DNA of 64,000 nucleotides from Pedobacter sp. (GCA_050253415.1 JBFWJC010000008.1:54499-118498); one strand, 5' to 3'. Shown: positions 10,197 through 22,009, counted from the stretch's first letter. Notes: a model not told the origin generated them from the letters alone. Made by a program: numbers and translations.

Positions 10197-11822
10197 CTAT
10201 CCGGAATGAGCATCGAGTAAACGTCCTTCCAGAAGCGCTTTTTCCATGGCCAACCCGGCTTGGGAGAGAAAGATCTCAAGTGCTTCGGTATTGCCGACAG
10301 GACGGTGTTCCGGCAAATTGTCACCATACAGGATCGCTACGACACGCCCCTCACTGACAATCGGGCCCAGAAAAATTTCTTCGGGAATCTTCCCGCCAAG
10401 TGCCTTGCATAAAAACTTATCCCATTCCCCGTTATCAAAACGAGCGCGCATGGGGCTTGGATGACTCAGTATACGTCCAAAAATCGAATCACCATTGCAG
10501 GGGATGACAATATTCCGAATCACTTCATCCGTGGCCCCCGATGGCAAGGTCACGCCAAATTGACCGATCCCAACAACATTATGTTCTTTGACGGAAAAAA
10601 TAACCGCGCGATTCATTACCTCACTGGCGAAACGCAACGCCAGCAAGATAATACCTCCACCGAGGGCGGGATTATGCAACTCTTCAAGCATCCCCTTAAG
10701 CAGATGCAATCCAGGCGAATTGCGAAATGGCGATGGATCAGCTAATATTTGCCGACTTTCCGCTTGCTCATCATCAACGTCCTGGATTCCATGTGGCAAG
10801 ATTGTGACGGGGACATCGGTAGAGTTAATCGCGGAAAAAAGCGTTTGTCCCAGTGCTGCAAGCGCCCGCTTCCCGGTTTCCTGGCGCATATCCAGATTCC
10901 GCGGTTTGGAAAAGATTTCAGGCATGCCCATGTCCCAGACCTTACTTTCAGCATCGGAACAACGGTGATCCGAAAGAGGCAAGACACGCATGTCCGGATA
11001 GGTACGGCAAACCTTTTCCAACAATTCGAGGCCGCCAAGCATCCCCTCACCATTCAAACGTGGCATGATAAGATCAATCACTGCCACCGGCTGAACACCT
11101 ACCAGGCGGGCCTTTTTCAGGCTGATCCAGAAATCTGCGGCCGTCTCGAATAATTCAATGGTCATGCCCCGATTTCTGAAGTAATCTCCCAATTCCTGTC
11201 GCAAACACGGATCATCATCGACAAGCCACACCGGAGCCTTGGTTAAATTTCCCGTTTCCGCGCTGTCATCCTCGCAGGAGGTGTTGTCGTCCGCCACGGT
11301 CGAAGTATGCCGGTCGGGTGTATCTCCGGCTTTGCTTTCATCCGCTAAATCCGGACCTTGATGACCAAGACCTTGACCAAGCAACAGGTGATTGTTGCCC
11401 TCGGCTGGTGGCAGGGCCGTTTCGCCCTCCCACAGTTCAAAGGAAAAAGCTCCCTCTCCCCACGAGCCTAATTCCCCCAGAAATTTTTCTGCCAACAGCA
11501 GGGAAATACGCTTCACTTCCCCCACGGAAACCCCGTAGTGTTTTATCAGCAACTGCCCCAGATGGGGCGCGCCTGTTTCCGAAAGCATCGCCACAGCTGT
11601 ATCGAGGGAAGCGGGGTCGAGTATCGCCTGTCGTTGCAACTCTGCAACCAGTGCGGGCACAACCAGATCGGACGACAGTCGTACAACTTCGCCATGCCAG
11701 AAGGCAATCGTCCACTCCTGTCCGTGGCCACTTACCGTCAAATATCCGGATTTACGACTAAGATGGATGATCTTCAGGATGTCATCCAAGCTTAGATCTG
11801 CCAACTGGCCGACCAAACTCAT
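10197..11822 (-). CDS. DUF4388-like N-terminal domain + receiver domain protein
   Basis: MSLVGQLADLSLDDILKIIHLSRKSGYL...W.EGAFSFE; REC LVDDD...IDLIMP...KP. Confidence 0.75.
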   Translation of the reverse strand: MSLVGQLADLSLDDILKIIHLSRKSGYLTVSGHGQEWTIAFWHGEVVRLSSDLVVPALVAELQRQAILDPASLDTAVAMLSETGAPHLGQLLIKHYGVSVGEVKRISLLLAEKFLGELGSWGEGAFSFELWEGETALPPAEGNNHLLLGQGLGHQGPDLADESKAGDTPDRHTSTVADDNTSCEDDSAETGNLTKAPVWLVDDDPCLRQELGDYFRNRGMTIELFETAADFWISLKKARLVGVQPVAVIDLIMPRLNGEGMLGGLELLEKVCRTYPDMRVLPLSDHRCSDAESKVWDMGMPEIFSKPRNLDMRQETGKRALAALGQTLFSAINSTDVPVTILPHGIQDVDDEQAESRQILADPSPFRNSPGLHLLKGMLEELHNPALGGGIILLALRFASEVMNRAVIFSVKEHNVVGIGQFGVTLPSGATDEVIRNIVIPCNGDSIFGRILSHPSPMRARFDNGEWDKFLCKALGGKIPEEIFLGPIVSEGRVVAILYGDNLPEHRPVGNTEALEIFLSQAGLAMEKALLEGRLLDAHSG

Positions 11823-11914
11823 GAATCCACCTCTCTTGAGACAAACCTACGGGCACGTTTTTTCATACTAACCAGGCTAATTCACAAGTGTCATCACAAC
11901 ACCTGGAATATCGA

Positions 11915-13234
11915 TCATTCACGCGACCCTCTATCCTTGAAGGTCAAGCGAATGGGGCAGCCTTCGAATCCAAAGGCCTCACGAAGCTTATTGGTCAGAT
12001 AGCGTTCATAGGAAAAATGCACCCCGGTAGCCCGGTTGCCAAAGACAACAAACGAAGGGGGGCGCACACCGGTCTGGGTCATATAGTAAAACTTCAGGCG
12101 CTTGCCTTGCACCATGGGGGGAGCATGCGAGATCACCGCCTCTTCAAGTACCCTGTTAAGCGGACCGGTTGGTATCTGGCGATTGAATTCTTCGGCAACC
12201 TTTTCCACATCGGCCATAATTTTGGAGACCCGCTGGCCACTCAGAGCCGAGACAAACAGGATGGGCGCATAAGGCAAAAACTTGAAAGCCATTCGCACCT
12301 TTTCGGTGTACTGCTTCATGGTCCCCTGGTCTTTCTGCACAAGGTCCCACTTGTTAACCACCAGGATAACCGCCCTGCCACGCTCCAGGGCATAACCCGC
12401 AATGGTCAAATCCTGCTCGGTCACACCCTCCTCGGCGTCGATAACCACCAACACCACATGCGCCCGTTCCATCGATTTGAGCGCATGGATAACGCTGTAT
12501 TTTTCCAATTTCTGCTGAACGCGTCCCTTGCGACGGATACCCGCCGTGTCGATCAGCACATAGCGCTTTTTATTGTACACAAAAGGTGTGTCGATACTGT
12601 CGCGGGTGGTACCGGCGGTCGGATTGGCCACCAGCCTTTCCGCTCCGATCATACGGTTGATAAGAGACGATTTGCCGACATTGGGTCGGCCGATAACGGC
12701 AAGCCGGGTCTCTTCAGTGTCTTTGGAGTCGAACTTGGCCGATGCCGGAAGCGCTTTGATCACGGCATCGATCAAACCATCCATACCGCGGCCATGCTCG
12801 GCGGAAACGGTATGAAGTTCCTCTACTCCCAAGGCATAAAATTCAGTTGCGGCCGTTTCCTGCGAAGTACCATCAACCTTATTCACCACATACAACACGG
12901 GCTTGCCGCAACGGCGCAGCATATCGGCCACTTCATGATCCGACGGAGTCAACCCCTCCTTGGCATCCACCACAAACAGGATAACATCCGCTTCTTCAAC
13001 CGCGAGTTGCGATTGCTCGCGCATTTGCGTCAACAAGCGGTCTTCACTGGCCGGCTCGAAACCGCCGGTATCGATCAAAACGAAAGGTGTATCGTAACGC
13101 GTTATTTGAGCATAGTTCCGGTCACGGGTAACGCCGGGAAAGTTCTCGACGATAGCCCGCCTGGTACCGAGGATGCGATTAAAAAGGGTCGATTTGCCGA
13201 CATTTGGACGTCCGACGATTGCAACTACAGACAT
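11915..13234 (-). CDS. der: Ribosome biogenesis GTPase Der (EngA)
   Basis: Two GRPNVGKS G-domains, GVTRDR, GTTRDS, NKVD/NKWD. Confidence 0.96.
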   Translation of the reverse strand: MSVVAIVGRPNVGKSTLFNRILGTRRAIVENFPGVTRDRNYAQITRYDTPFVLIDTGGFEPASEDRLLTQMREQSQLAVEEADVILFVVDAKEGLTPSDHEVADMLRRCGKPVLYVVNKVDGTSQETAATEFYALGVEELHTVSAEHGRGMDGLIDAVIKALPASAKFDSKDTEETRLAVIGRPNVGKSSLINRMIGAERLVANPTAGTTRDSIDTPFVYNKKRYVLIDTAGIRRKGRVQQKLEKYSVIHALKSMERAHVVLVVIDAEEGVTEQDLTIAGYALERGRAVILVVNKWDLVQKDQGTMKQYTEKVRMAFKFLPYAPILFVSALSGQRVSKIMADVEKVAEEFNRQIPTGPLNRVLEEAVISHAPPMVQGKRLKFYYMTQTGVRPPSFVVFGNRATGVHFSYERYLTNKLREAFGFEGCPIRLTFKDRGSRE

Positions 13235-13297
13235 TTTCGAAACCTATCATGTTATGTAACACACAGAAAACGACCTGGCTCTTTGCCGATGCGACTC

Positions 13298-14209
13298 TTA
13301 TTCGTAACCAAACCGTTTAAGCTGCCGGCGCTGTTCCGTCCAGTTCTTTTCCACCTTGACCAGCAGGTCGAGAAAAACCCGGGTACCCAGCATGCGCTCA
13401 ATATCGTATCGCGCCGCCTTGCCGATGGTTTTGATCTTTTCCCCGCCACGGCCCAGCACAATCTTCCTGTGCCCTTCTCGCGACACGTAAATACATGCTT
13501 CGATCACCACCAGGTTTTTTTCGGGCTTTTCCTCAAAAACTTCAACCTCGACCGCCACCCCGTGGGGAATTTCCTGCTGAGTTTGCTTGAGAATCTGTTC
13601 GCGAATCATTTCCGCAGCAATGAAACGCTCCGGCATATCGGTAACCATATCGTCGGCATAATAGTGTGGCCCTTCCGGAAGATACTTGACCAGAGTAGAG
13701 GCCAGTTTATCGGTCCCTTCGCCGGTAAGCGCGGAAACCGGTAAAATCTCGGCAAAAGGAAACTTGCGGGAATAGAGCTCGATAAGGGGCAGCAAATCCT
13801 CGCGCTTCACCAGGTCAATCTTGTTGATGATCAGGATTACCGGGACCTTGCTGCGAGCTACCTGCTCCAACACATAATTATCGCCACCGCCTGGCGGATC
13901 GTTGGCTTCCACCAGAAAGAGCGCAATATCCACATCACCGCAAGTGCTCAAAGCCTGCTCTACCATATAGCGATTAAGCAGACCTTTTGCTTTATGCACC
14001 CCGGGAGTATCGAGAAACAACAGTTGCGCATCGGGAAGGTTGCATATACCTAGAATGCGATTGCGCGTTGTCTGCGGTTTGTTCGAGGTTATGGCGATCT
14101 TCTGCCCAAGGACAGAATTCAACAAAGTCGATTTACCCACGTTGGGCCGCCCCATAATGGCGATAAAACCGGAGCGGAAGACCTTTTCAGACCCGTTGTC
14201 GTTTTTCAA
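13298..14209 (-). CDS. era: GTPase Era
   Basis: [33 protein letters not shown] domain; TTG start at 14209 after GGGAG. Confidence 0.95.
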   Translation of the reverse strand: MKNDNGSEKVFRSGFIAIMGRPNVGKSTLLNSVLGQKIAITSNKPQTTRNRILGICNLPDAQLLFLDTPGVHKAKGLLNRYMVEQALSTCGDVDIALFLVEANDPPGGGDNYVLEQVARSKVPVILIINKIDLVKREDLLPLIELYSRKFPFAEILPVSALTGEGTDKLASTLVKYLPEGPHYYADDMVTDMPERFIAAEMIREQILKQTQQEIPHGVAVEVEVFEEKPEKNLVVIEACIYVSREGHRKIVLGRGGEKIKTIGKAARYDIERMLGTRVFLDLLVKVEKNWTEQRRQLKRFGYE

Positions 14210-14213
14210 GGTA

Positions 14214-15290
14214 TTATAAACTCCCGATAAAAGCTGGTGTTCCATCATCCATGGAACCAGCAGCGGTTGATAATGGTTGCAAATAGCGGGCCTGCGACAT
14301 GACATCGCAGTGCCTCCCATCCATAACGAAGGTTTCCCGCGTCAGACCGTCTTGGGCTACAATATCAAAAGAACCGAACCGATGCAGTAAATAGTCGATA
14401 TTTGCCCTGCGGTGACCAAGAGCGTCACTCAGATCCGCAAAAGCGACCTGCACCTGACGATTTATTGACTCCGTAGCAGCAGCCTCCAAGGCACGGCGCC
14501 AAAGTCGCGACCGGACCAACTGACCAAAAGCCGGATGGTAAGGACCATCGATAATAGCCGAGCCACTGTCCAACTCATGTGAAGACTGCAGTCCCAAGCG
14601 GATAACCGGCATAGCTGCGACACGGCAATGCCACAAAAGCTCCGCACACAACTCAACAGCCCCATCGAGGGTCAACGGCACGAAGTCCCCCTGCCGCCAC
14701 GAATGTTCCAAAGCCGTTCCAGCCAATACCACGGTTGGGTAGATACGCAAAAAATCCGGTCGCAAACTCAGGGCCTGAGCCAGCGAATAACGCGCCTCGG
14801 CAAAACTCCCTCCGGGCAATCCCGGCATCAACTGCAGCCCCACACGCATGCCCTCGTTACGTAACCGCGTTACGGATAGCTCGGCGTCACGGGGTCCGTG
14901 ACCACGCTGCGAAAGGTGCAGTACCTCGGAAGAAAACGACTGGCAACCAAGCTCCACGGTTGTTACCCCAGCCATTTTAAGACGGACGGCAACCTCGGAA
15001 TCACACGCATCCGGGCGCGTCGAGATCCGGATACCGGCAACCTGTCCCGCACGAATAAATGGTTCAACGCATGCCAGATAGTCCCTCTGCAAAGTGTCGT
15101 CAAGCAGAGTAAAACTGCCACCGTAAAAGGCTACTTCACCACAACCATGGGGTGGCAATATGGCAGCGAGCTGTTGCGATACTTGCGCAGGAGTGAGAGC
15201 GGAAGCAACACCGCTGATCCGGTTCTGTTGACAAAAAACACAGCGTTGCTGGCAACCATAATGAGGGATAAAAAAAGGAAAGATCATCAT
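14214..15290 (-). CDS. Elp3-like radical SAM protein
   Basis: PHYGCQQRCVFC, EVAFYGGSFT, STRPD, VELGCQS, RIYPT; between rnc and era. Confidence 0.85.
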   Translation of the reverse strand: MMIFPFFIPHYGCQQRCVFCQQNRISGVASALTPAQVSQQLAAILPPHGCGEVAFYGGSFTLLDDTLQRDYLACVEPFIRAGQVAGIRISTRPDACDSEVAVRLKMAGVTTVELGCQSFSSEVLHLSQRGHGPRDAELSVTRLRNEGMRVGLQLMPGLPGGSFAEARYSLAQALSLRPDFLRIYPTVVLAGTALEHSWRQGDFVPLTLDGAVELCAELLWHCRVAAMPVIRLGLQSSHELDSGSAIIDGPYHPAFGQLVRSRLWRRALEAAATESINRQVQVAFADLSDALGHRRANIDYLLHRFGSFDIVAQDGLTRETFVMDGRHCDVMSQARYLQPLSTAAGSMDDGTPAFIGSL

Positions 15291-15361
15291 ATCCAGTGTC
15301 CCGGACCATGCTGATTGATGTGTTCCTGCAACCGCCTATGTGTAGCCATTTTGCTCCGTAT

Positions 15362-16060
15362 TCACCCGCCAAAATGCTCTAAAGCCTGCTTGGCAGCAGC
15401 CTGCTCAGCAGATTTTTTGCTGTGCCCCTGTCCCTGACCGATGGATGATCCCCGAAAATGGACCTCAACCGTGTAGGATCTCTGATGAGGTGGTCCCTCC
15501 GAGCGAACCAGGACATAATTGGGAACTTCACCGAATTGGGCTTGCAGCCGCTCTTGAAGACGTGTTTTGTAGTCGACTCCTGCCTTGCGACGCGCTGCGT
15601 TCTTAATGCTCTCGGAAAACAGGGATTCGATGACCTGCCTGACGCATTCAAAGCCACCATCGCAAAACACAGCGCCAAGTAATGCTTCCATGGTATTGGC
15701 AAGCAGACTGCTTTTACGACGCCCTCCGCTGCGTTCCTCACCCTTGCCCAGATGCATGTAATCGCCCAGCCCAATGGCCTTACCGATGGCAAACAAGCCT
15801 TTTTCGCTGACGACCTCGGAGCGAATGCGGGTCAACTCGCCTTCAGGGAATTGCTCAAAAGAACGAAACACATAATGACTGACAACCAGACCCAGCACCG
15901 CATCGCCGAGAAACTCAAGTCTTTCGTTATCGGGAGCTGACCGATCGCTCTGTTCATTGCTGAACGATTTATGCGAAAGGGCTTCCTGAAGGAGCGCCTT
16001 ATCGACAAACTCGTAATGGATGGTTTTTTCCAGCAACTCAGCACTTTTAACTTCGACCAA
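15362..16060 (-). CDS. rnc: Ribonuclease III
   Basis: NERLEFLGDAVL signature, dsRBD DYKTRLQE...SKKSAEQAAA; TTG start after GGAGGG. Confidence 0.96.
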   Translation of the reverse strand: MVEVKSAELLEKTIHYEFVDKALLQEALSHKSFSNEQSDRSAPDNERLEFLGDAVLGLVVSHYVFRSFEQFPEGELTRIRSEVVSEKGLFAIGKAIGLGDYMHLGKGEERSGGRRKSSLLANTMEALLGAVFCDGGFECVRQVIESLFSESIKNAARRKAGVDYKTRLQERLQAQFGEVPNYVLVRSEGPPHQRSYTVEVHFRGSSIGQGQGHSKKSAEQAAAKQALEHFGG

Positions 16061-16428
16061 AAGAATCCCTCCGGACGGTGTCAAACTACACGTACAAATA
16101 CACGAGACCGTAGTATAAACGAACCAACGACATGATCGCAACGCTTGCGGCATACAACTACTCAGCCCAGCGTCAATCAGCCTTGCTTGCCAGATTCATG
16201 GACCTTGTCGCGGAACGAGGATATGTGCGAAGAATTACGCCAGCCTGATGAAAGAGCAATGTAAGTGATGTGCGAAACGTTGCATCGCCAATATTTATGC
16301 CCGTCGTATTGAACGACTGTACTGAGCAAAAAAATACCGATACAAGCCCAGCACGCCAGGCCACGAACATTTGCATCAAGAAACTATATGAAAACTATAT
16401 GGAATAGTCCACCCGGTAAGTATGCCAG

Positions 16429-16467
16429 AAAAAAAACAAAAAGGGCTGGCCATATATGCCAACCCTT
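16429..16467 (-). terminator. Intrinsic terminator after tRNA pair
   Basis: AAGGG-CTGGC...GCCA-ACCCTT stem next to an A-run (U-tract on minus strand). Confidence 0.65.
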
Positions 16468-16475
16468 AAACTCTC

Positions 16476-16552
16476 TGGCGCGCCAGGAAGGACTCGAACC
16501 CTCGACCCTGTGATTAGAAGTCACATGCTCTATCCAGCTGAGCTACTGGCGC
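16476..16552 (-). tRNA. tRNA-Arg(TCT)
   Basis: GCGCCAGTAGCTCAG...TGTGA-CT-TCT-AA-TCACA...GGTTCGAGTCC...GCCA. Confidence 0.96.
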
Positions 16553-16557
16553 TTAAA

Positions 16558-16634
<77 letters not shown>

Positions 16635-16759
16635 ACAAGAACGAATCTTCTATCATGCGATGGTTATATTTGCAACCTAAAAGACTCCATTCAGCATTTT
16701 TTTATTAGCTTGCGAGCAACTCCTCAAGACAAGACCTCTCAGCGCATCCCCTTTGCATC

Positions 16760-17596
16760 TCAGTATAGCGCCTTAAACCAGACATTCATGCTTTCCTGTC
16801 GACCACAGATCTGGGTGTTGTTGCGCAGCGTACCGCCAAACCGGTACCCCATGCGGGAAAAGGTAATGTTCATACCGTACGAATAGGCCCTGGCGATGGT
16901 GAATGCCGTGCGGATGCCATCTGAACGAATCGCTCGCTCCATACTTGCCAGAAGAATCTGAGCCAGCCCCATCCCGCGGAAAGAGGACAGCGTAGCAAAG
17001 TCCGTCATTTCGGCATGCCTTGCTCCCCGATCCATTTCAGCCGAGGCCAAAGCTACCAACCGACCATCGTGCCAGACGCCAAAGTAGCGCACATTATCAC
17101 GCATGGTATCCCGCAGATAACCTGGATCGTGGATAGGAAATGGATAGCTGGCAAAAACCTCTTTGTAGACCGCCGCGGCCGCTTCGACATCTGCTTCAAT
17201 CAATGGCCGCAATTCGGCTCCTTGCGGCAACGCAGGCAACCCGCCATTCGACTGGGTCGCAGCTTTGGCGAGGACATCTTTCACCAACTTCGGCTCACGT
17301 TCAACCGAGCGCTCGGAATGCAGGAACTTGCCCAGCAGCACCCCCTCCTCCCGGCCATGAAACAATTGCGGCACGCGCGCCTCGGCCCGATAACCATTAT
17401 CCAGAAAATCCTGACTGACGCTGGCCGGAACCTTGGCAAAAATCTTGGAATATCCTTCGCGAAATGCCAAAGCGTCGAGTTCATCGACAATTTCCGGACA
17501 ATCCGCAGGAGAGATTTTCATAAGATAGATGCGCTCGCTATTTTCACCATGCTGGATCAGGGAACTGCCGATGCGTTCCATGCGATCAATCATCAC
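16760..17596 (-). CDS. ablB: Beta-lysine N-acetyltransferase
   Basis: [41 protein letters not shown]; overlaps end of lysine aminomutase gene. Confidence 0.88.
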   Translation of the reverse strand: MMIDRMERIGSSLIQHGENSERIYLMKISPADCPEIVDELDALAFREGYSKIFAKVPASVSQDFLDNGYRAEARVPQLFHGREEGVLLGKFLHSERSVEREPKLVKDVLAKAATQSNGGLPALPQGAELRPLIEADVEAAAAVYKEVFASYPFPIHDPGYLRDTMRDNVRYFGVWHDGRLVALASAEMDRGARHAEMTDFATLSSFRGMGLAQILLASMERAIRSDGIRTAFTIARAYSYGMNITFSRMGYRFGGTLRNNTQICGRQESMNVWFKALY

Positions 17597-18890
17597 TCCT
17601 CCTGTCCATCCGGTCGGTATCCTCCGGCGTCAGGGAAATGGTATCGTCGTGGTCCGACAGCAACTTGACGATGCCGGTCGCCTGGCATTCGTCCGCGCCC
17701 TTGAGCTTGAGCTGAAGGTGGCAATCGTTGCAGCGACGATCGCAGAAAATCGGCTCGTAGCTATGCGGCTCCTGATAGGTAGTGATAACCCCTTCGTAAT
17801 TTCGCAACACCACTTTATTCGTGGACAGAGAAATCAGATAGTTCGGATTGAGAGGAATCTTACCGCCGCCGCCCGGCGCATCCACCACGTAAGTGGGGAT
17901 GGCAAAACCGCTGGTATGCCCAATGAGATTCTCCATAATTTCAATCCCTTTACCAATGGGCGTACGAAAATGCGCCAGACCTTCGGAAAGATCACACTGG
18001 TACAGGTAGTAGGGTCGCACCCGATTATCAACCAACCGATGTACCAGCTCCTTGATAATACGCGGGCAATCGTTTACCCCGGCCAACAGCACCGTCTGAT
18101 TTCCCAGAGGGAACCCTGCATCAGCCAGCTTGCGCAAAGCGGTTCGTGCCGACGATGTAAGCTCACGAGAGTGATTGAAATGGGTATTGATCCACAAGGG
18201 TTGATGCTTGCGCAGCATGTTGACCAGATCATCGGTAATCCGGCAGGGCAGCACCACTGGCATACGCGTACCGATGCGCACAACCTGAACATGGGGAATA
18301 CGCCGCAACTCCGTGAGAATCCAGTCGAGATGATCGTCAGACAACATCAGGGGGTCGCCCCCGGATAACAGCACATCGCGAATCTGGGGCGTTCTGGCAA
18401 TATAATCCAGGCCCTGCAGGATTTCATCCCTGCCCGGGATGGAATCCTGGTCCCCGACCTTACGTTTCCGCGTACAGTGCCGACAATACATCGCACACAG
18501 GTTGCTTACGTGAAACAGAACCCGGTCGGGATAACGATGGGTGATTCCGGGGGCGGGGCTGTCCTTGTCTTCCGCCAAAGGATCCGCCATCTCGCGAGAA
18601 TCCGTTTCCAACTCTTGGGGTGCGGGAAATGACTGGATAAAAACCGGATCATTTTGATAATCCGAGAAATCAATAAGAGACAGGTAGTAAGGTGTTATGG
18701 CAAGGGGAAATTTTTCAAGGGTTAAAGCAATGCTCTTACGAAAGTCCTGATCAAACTCGATACCAGCTATACGTTCAAACGTTTTGACATCTTTGATTGC
18801 ATGTTTTACATGCCAGCGCCAATCCTCCCAATTTTTAGTAAAAGTGTCCTCAAAACCGATTTTTTTAGCTATCTTCCTCTCAACTTTCAA
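17586..18890 (-). CDS. ablA: Lysine 2,3-aminomutase
   Basis: [40 protein letters not shown]. Confidence 0.92.
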   Translation of the reverse strand: MKVERKIAKKIGFEDTFTKNWEDWRWHVKHAIKDVKTFERIAGIEFDQDFRKSIALTLEKFPLAITPYYLSLIDFSDYQNDPVFIQSFPAPQELETDSREMADPLAEDKDSPAPGITHRYPDRVLFHVSNLCAMYCRHCTRKRKVGDQDSIPGRDEILQGLDYIARTPQIRDVLLSGGDPLMLSDDHLDWILTELRRIPHVQVVRIGTRMPVVLPCRITDDLVNMLRKHQPLWINTHFNHSRELTSSARTALRKLADAGFPLGNQTVLLAGVNDCPRIIKELVHRLVDNRVRPYYLYQCDLSEGLAHFRTPIGKGIEIMENLIGHTSGFAIPTYVVDAPGGGGKIPLNPNYLISLSTNKVVLRNYEGVITTYQEPHSYEPIFCDRRCNDCHLQLKLKGADECQATGIVKLLSDHDDTISLTPEDTDRMDRRSDD

Positions 18891-19725
18891 AAGAATTATC
18901 TTTCTCCCTTCATGATTAAAATTCTTCTAAAGATATTACATTTCCACTTCGATGTCAAATTCGGCCATTCACAACAATTATTTACGTTAATTTGAAATTC
19001 TCGTAAAATCTTCTAACTGTTATAAAATTAATGGGTTTTTTCAATTTCAGCGTGAATGGCAATTTTTATATTTTCAATCATATACCATTAAACTTTTTAC
19101 GACCTAAATAGAGACGATTGAAAACCAAATATTTTACATATTCATACATTCAAAAAGCTAGTTCATAACTTATAAAAACAACAAGCACTATCGGTCAGAA
19201 ACATTACAGCCCACAGCCATACCCGGACACAAGCCGAGAACAAGAAATAAATCTCAGTGTTCGCCAATCAACCGCGATCTGAATCGCCCATCCCCGCTCC
19301 AACAAGCCAGGCCAAACAAAGCGAACCCACCCCGAGAAACAATCTCCAAGCATTATGCCTGACCTTGAACATAAGAATAACATTATCGAAATGTTACACA
19401 TAGTGGCACGCAACAGGATCACTACTTACTTCAAGTATATTGAGAAGTAATTGACACAAGATATTGTTTTATCATTGTTTTTAATTTTAAACAGGATACA
19501 GAAGGACTGATATTAACAAATTTATGTTACATATCAAGTAGACATTAGAAACTTACCAGACAGCTACCTCAGGTACTGACGCCTCCAAAAAGGCGGTACC
19601 CATAGCCCTATTGAAGAACGAACCAGGACGAAAAGGAAATGAACGAGACAAAAACGAGGGGGAAGAATAACGATGAAGCACACAAGGAGCCAGGACCAGC
19701 TATATGAAACCTTGTCGGCGAGCCT

Positions 19726-20349
19726 TTACAGAATATGCTTTTTACGGGCAACCGCCACGGCTTCCATGCGATTGTTGACTTCCAGCTTCTTAAAAATTCT
19801 TTGCACGTGCGTTTTGATGGTTTCGATACTGACAAAATTAATCTGGGCTATATTTTTCAATACACGGATTTCGGTCTTGGTCAGGTTATGCTCGCAACTG
19901 TCACCTTCCTCATCCTGCATTTGGCGCCACTTTATCGCAAGATTCAAAAGATAAGGCGAGTGACATTCTCTTCCCTCAGCAAAATCCTCAATAATCTTTA
20001 TCAGTTCATCAATTTTTGTATTTTTTGCGACATAACCGTTGGCTCCTTCGAGCATGGCCTCCTGAACATATTCTTTCTTGGTATAAGTGGACAGCACGAT
20101 GATCTTCAGATCCGGCAGTGTCTTGCGCAACACGCGGATGGCTTCTATACCTGACAACCCCGGCATATCAACATCCATAAGCACAACATCCGGCGGGTTT
20201 TCATTGATGGCATTGACCGCATCAAAACCGTTATCCGCTTCACCCACAATTTTGATGTGTTGCTTCGACTCGAGATACATACTCAAGCCGATACGCAGAA
20301 TGGGATGGTCATCGGCTATAAAAACCGTTACGGGTCTCGTTTCATTCAT
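19726..20349 (-). CDS. NarL/LuxR-family response regulator (HTH appears shortened)
   Basis: IADDHP...MDVDMPG receiver; LTKTEIRVLKNIAQINFVSIETIKTHVQRIFKKL. Confidence 0.88.
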   Translation of the reverse strand: MNETRPVTVFIADDHPILRIGLSMYLESKQHIKIVGEADNGFDAVNAINENPPDVVLMDVDMPGLSGIEAIRVLRKTLPDLKIIVLSTYTKKEYVQEAMLEGANGYVAKNTKIDELIKIIEDFAEGRECHSPYLLNLAIKWRQMQDEEGDSCEHNLTKTEIRVLKNIAQINFVSIETIKTHVQRIFKKLEVNNRMEAVAVARKKHIL

Positions 20350-22009
20350 AGTCGGTCTCCCTTGGCACACTATATTCCTGACCGCTTGTAACAGGAATGC
20401 GAAAGCGAAACCGCCCACCCGTTACCTCAGCCCCGGATTCATCAGCATAGGGCGATTCCACCCATATTTCTCCGCCATGAGCTTCAACAACCATTTTGCT
20501 GAATGTGAGCCCCAATCCGACGCCACGACGTTCGTTGCCACGCTGTACACTCGTCGTATAAAACTTCTCAAAAATAAGGGCCTGTTTCTCTTTGTCTATA
20601 CCTTGCCCCTGGTCGTCAATGGTCACAAGTATACAATCCCCATGTTCCGGATCGGACAATTGCTCGGCCTTCACAAAAATTTCGCCTTCGGGAGGGCTGA
20701 AACGAATGGCGTTTTCCAGAAGATTGACACAGGTACGCTGAATACGACTCCAATCCGCCAACATCCGCACACCGGCACGACCGGGTTGGAAGGATATGTT
20801 GATTTTCTTGTCGTCGGCTGAAAATCCAACATGCCTGATACTCTCGACAAGCGTGGAATCCATGTCGCCGGGCACCTGGCAAAGATTAACACCCGCACAT
20901 TCATCCAGAAAAATATCAAGAAAGTTCGAAACCATACCGGATAACTTGTGAGTCGAATTCAGGGCCAGGGACACGAGATCGCCGCCCCTGTCGTTAAGAG
21001 AGCCAAGATGCCCGTCCAGCATCAACTCCAGCACCCTCTGGATGGACAAAATCGGGTTGCCCATGTCGTGGGTCAGCATGCCGATCAGGTCCTCCTTCAT
21101 CTTTTCTACTTTTTTTTCCTGGGTTACGTCCCGCAATACGGTCACATACCCCATAGCTTCCCGCTTGGTGAGAAAGATTTCCTGAAAGGAGGCATGGGCG
21201 TAAAAAATCTGGCCGTCGGGTTTCAGAACTTCGAAAACCGGCTGAGCGTCAATAATTTCCTGGTGATTTTTGCCAACCAGGTACTCTTTAAACGCTTCCG
21301 GCCTGGCAAAAAGAGAGAATATCGGTTGCCCGACAATAGAGGAGGGTTCACGGCCGAACATTTTGACCGTTGCTTTATTGATCAGAGTAACAATGCCGCC
21401 TACATCGGTCGATATGATGGCCTCGGAAACGCTGTTGATGATGTTATGCAGATTTTTCTGATAGGCCTTTTGCGACAGATACTTCTGAATAGCCAGAGAG
21501 CTGATGGTTTTAGCGATGGTGCACATGAGGTTCACCGCTGACTGCAGTCTCTGATAACTCATCACCGGCACTTCATGCAATGCCCTGAGGTATCCCGCAA
21601 TATCTTCGACACCGATTCGCTTGGCTGCGTCAATCGCTTCTTCAACGGAGAGGGGTTTTGTCAGGACCTGCCCCATCACCAACGTTGCGACATGATACCC
21701 CTCTACAATAATCGGGGTAGCGCTATCCATGAGACCGGCATTCAGACACTTATAAATAAAGGGCTTACCTATTTTCTTCCCTTCTTCACCACCGAACCTG
21801 TCGCTGGCATAGCACTTTGCCCGCCCTTCCGGGGTCGAACGGCAATAATCTTTACACAGTCGCGAAAAATTGTGCTCGCGCGTGATCGGCTGCCCGGTCA
21901 GATCGACCAAAACCGAAGCAACACGCGTCGCCTTGGTAAAGTCCCGAACGATCTCCTCCAGTACTTCCTTTTCAATCAGATCGAGGATTTGTATCTGCTG
22001 ACTCGCCAT
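20342..22009 (-). CDS. PocR-PAS sensor histidine kinase
   Basis: PocR-type FSRLC...C..SD...YKC.AGL.D...PIIVEG; PAS; H-box THDMGNP; NLLENAIRFS, DQGQGI, GVGLGL. Confidence 0.88.
   Translation of the reverse strand: MASQQIQILDLIEKEVLEEIVRDFTKATRVASVLVDLTGQPITREHNFSRLCKDYCRSTPEGRAKCYASDRFGGEEGKKIGKPFIYKCLNAGLMDSATPIIVEGYHVATLVMGQVLTKPLSVEEAIDAAKRIGVEDIAGYLRALHEVPVMSYQRLQSAVNLMCTIAKTISSLAIQKYLSQKAYQKNLHNIINSVSEAIISTDVGGIVTLINKATVKMFGREPSSIVGQPIFSLFARPEAFKEYLVGKNHQEIIDAQPVFEVLKPDGQIFYAHASFQEIFLTKREAMGYVTVLRDVTQEKKVEKMKEDLIGMLTHDMGNPILSIQRVLELMLDGHLGSLNDRGGDLVSLALNSTHKLSGMVSNFLDIFLDECAGVNLCQVPGDMDSTLVESIRHVGFSADDKKINISFQPGRAGVRMLADWSRIQRTCVNLLENAIRFSPPEGEIFVKAEQLSDPEHGDCILVTIDDQGQGIDKEKQALIFEKFYTTSVQRGNERRGVGLGLTFSKMVVEAHGGEIWVESPYADESGAEVTGGRFRFRIPVTSGQEYSVPRETDYE

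Noticed and set aside
11888..13744. 618-aa plus-strand ORF
   Set aside because: Antisense shadow of der/era
19404..19420. Sigma54 promoter at TGGCAC
   Set aside because: No TTGC at the -12 position
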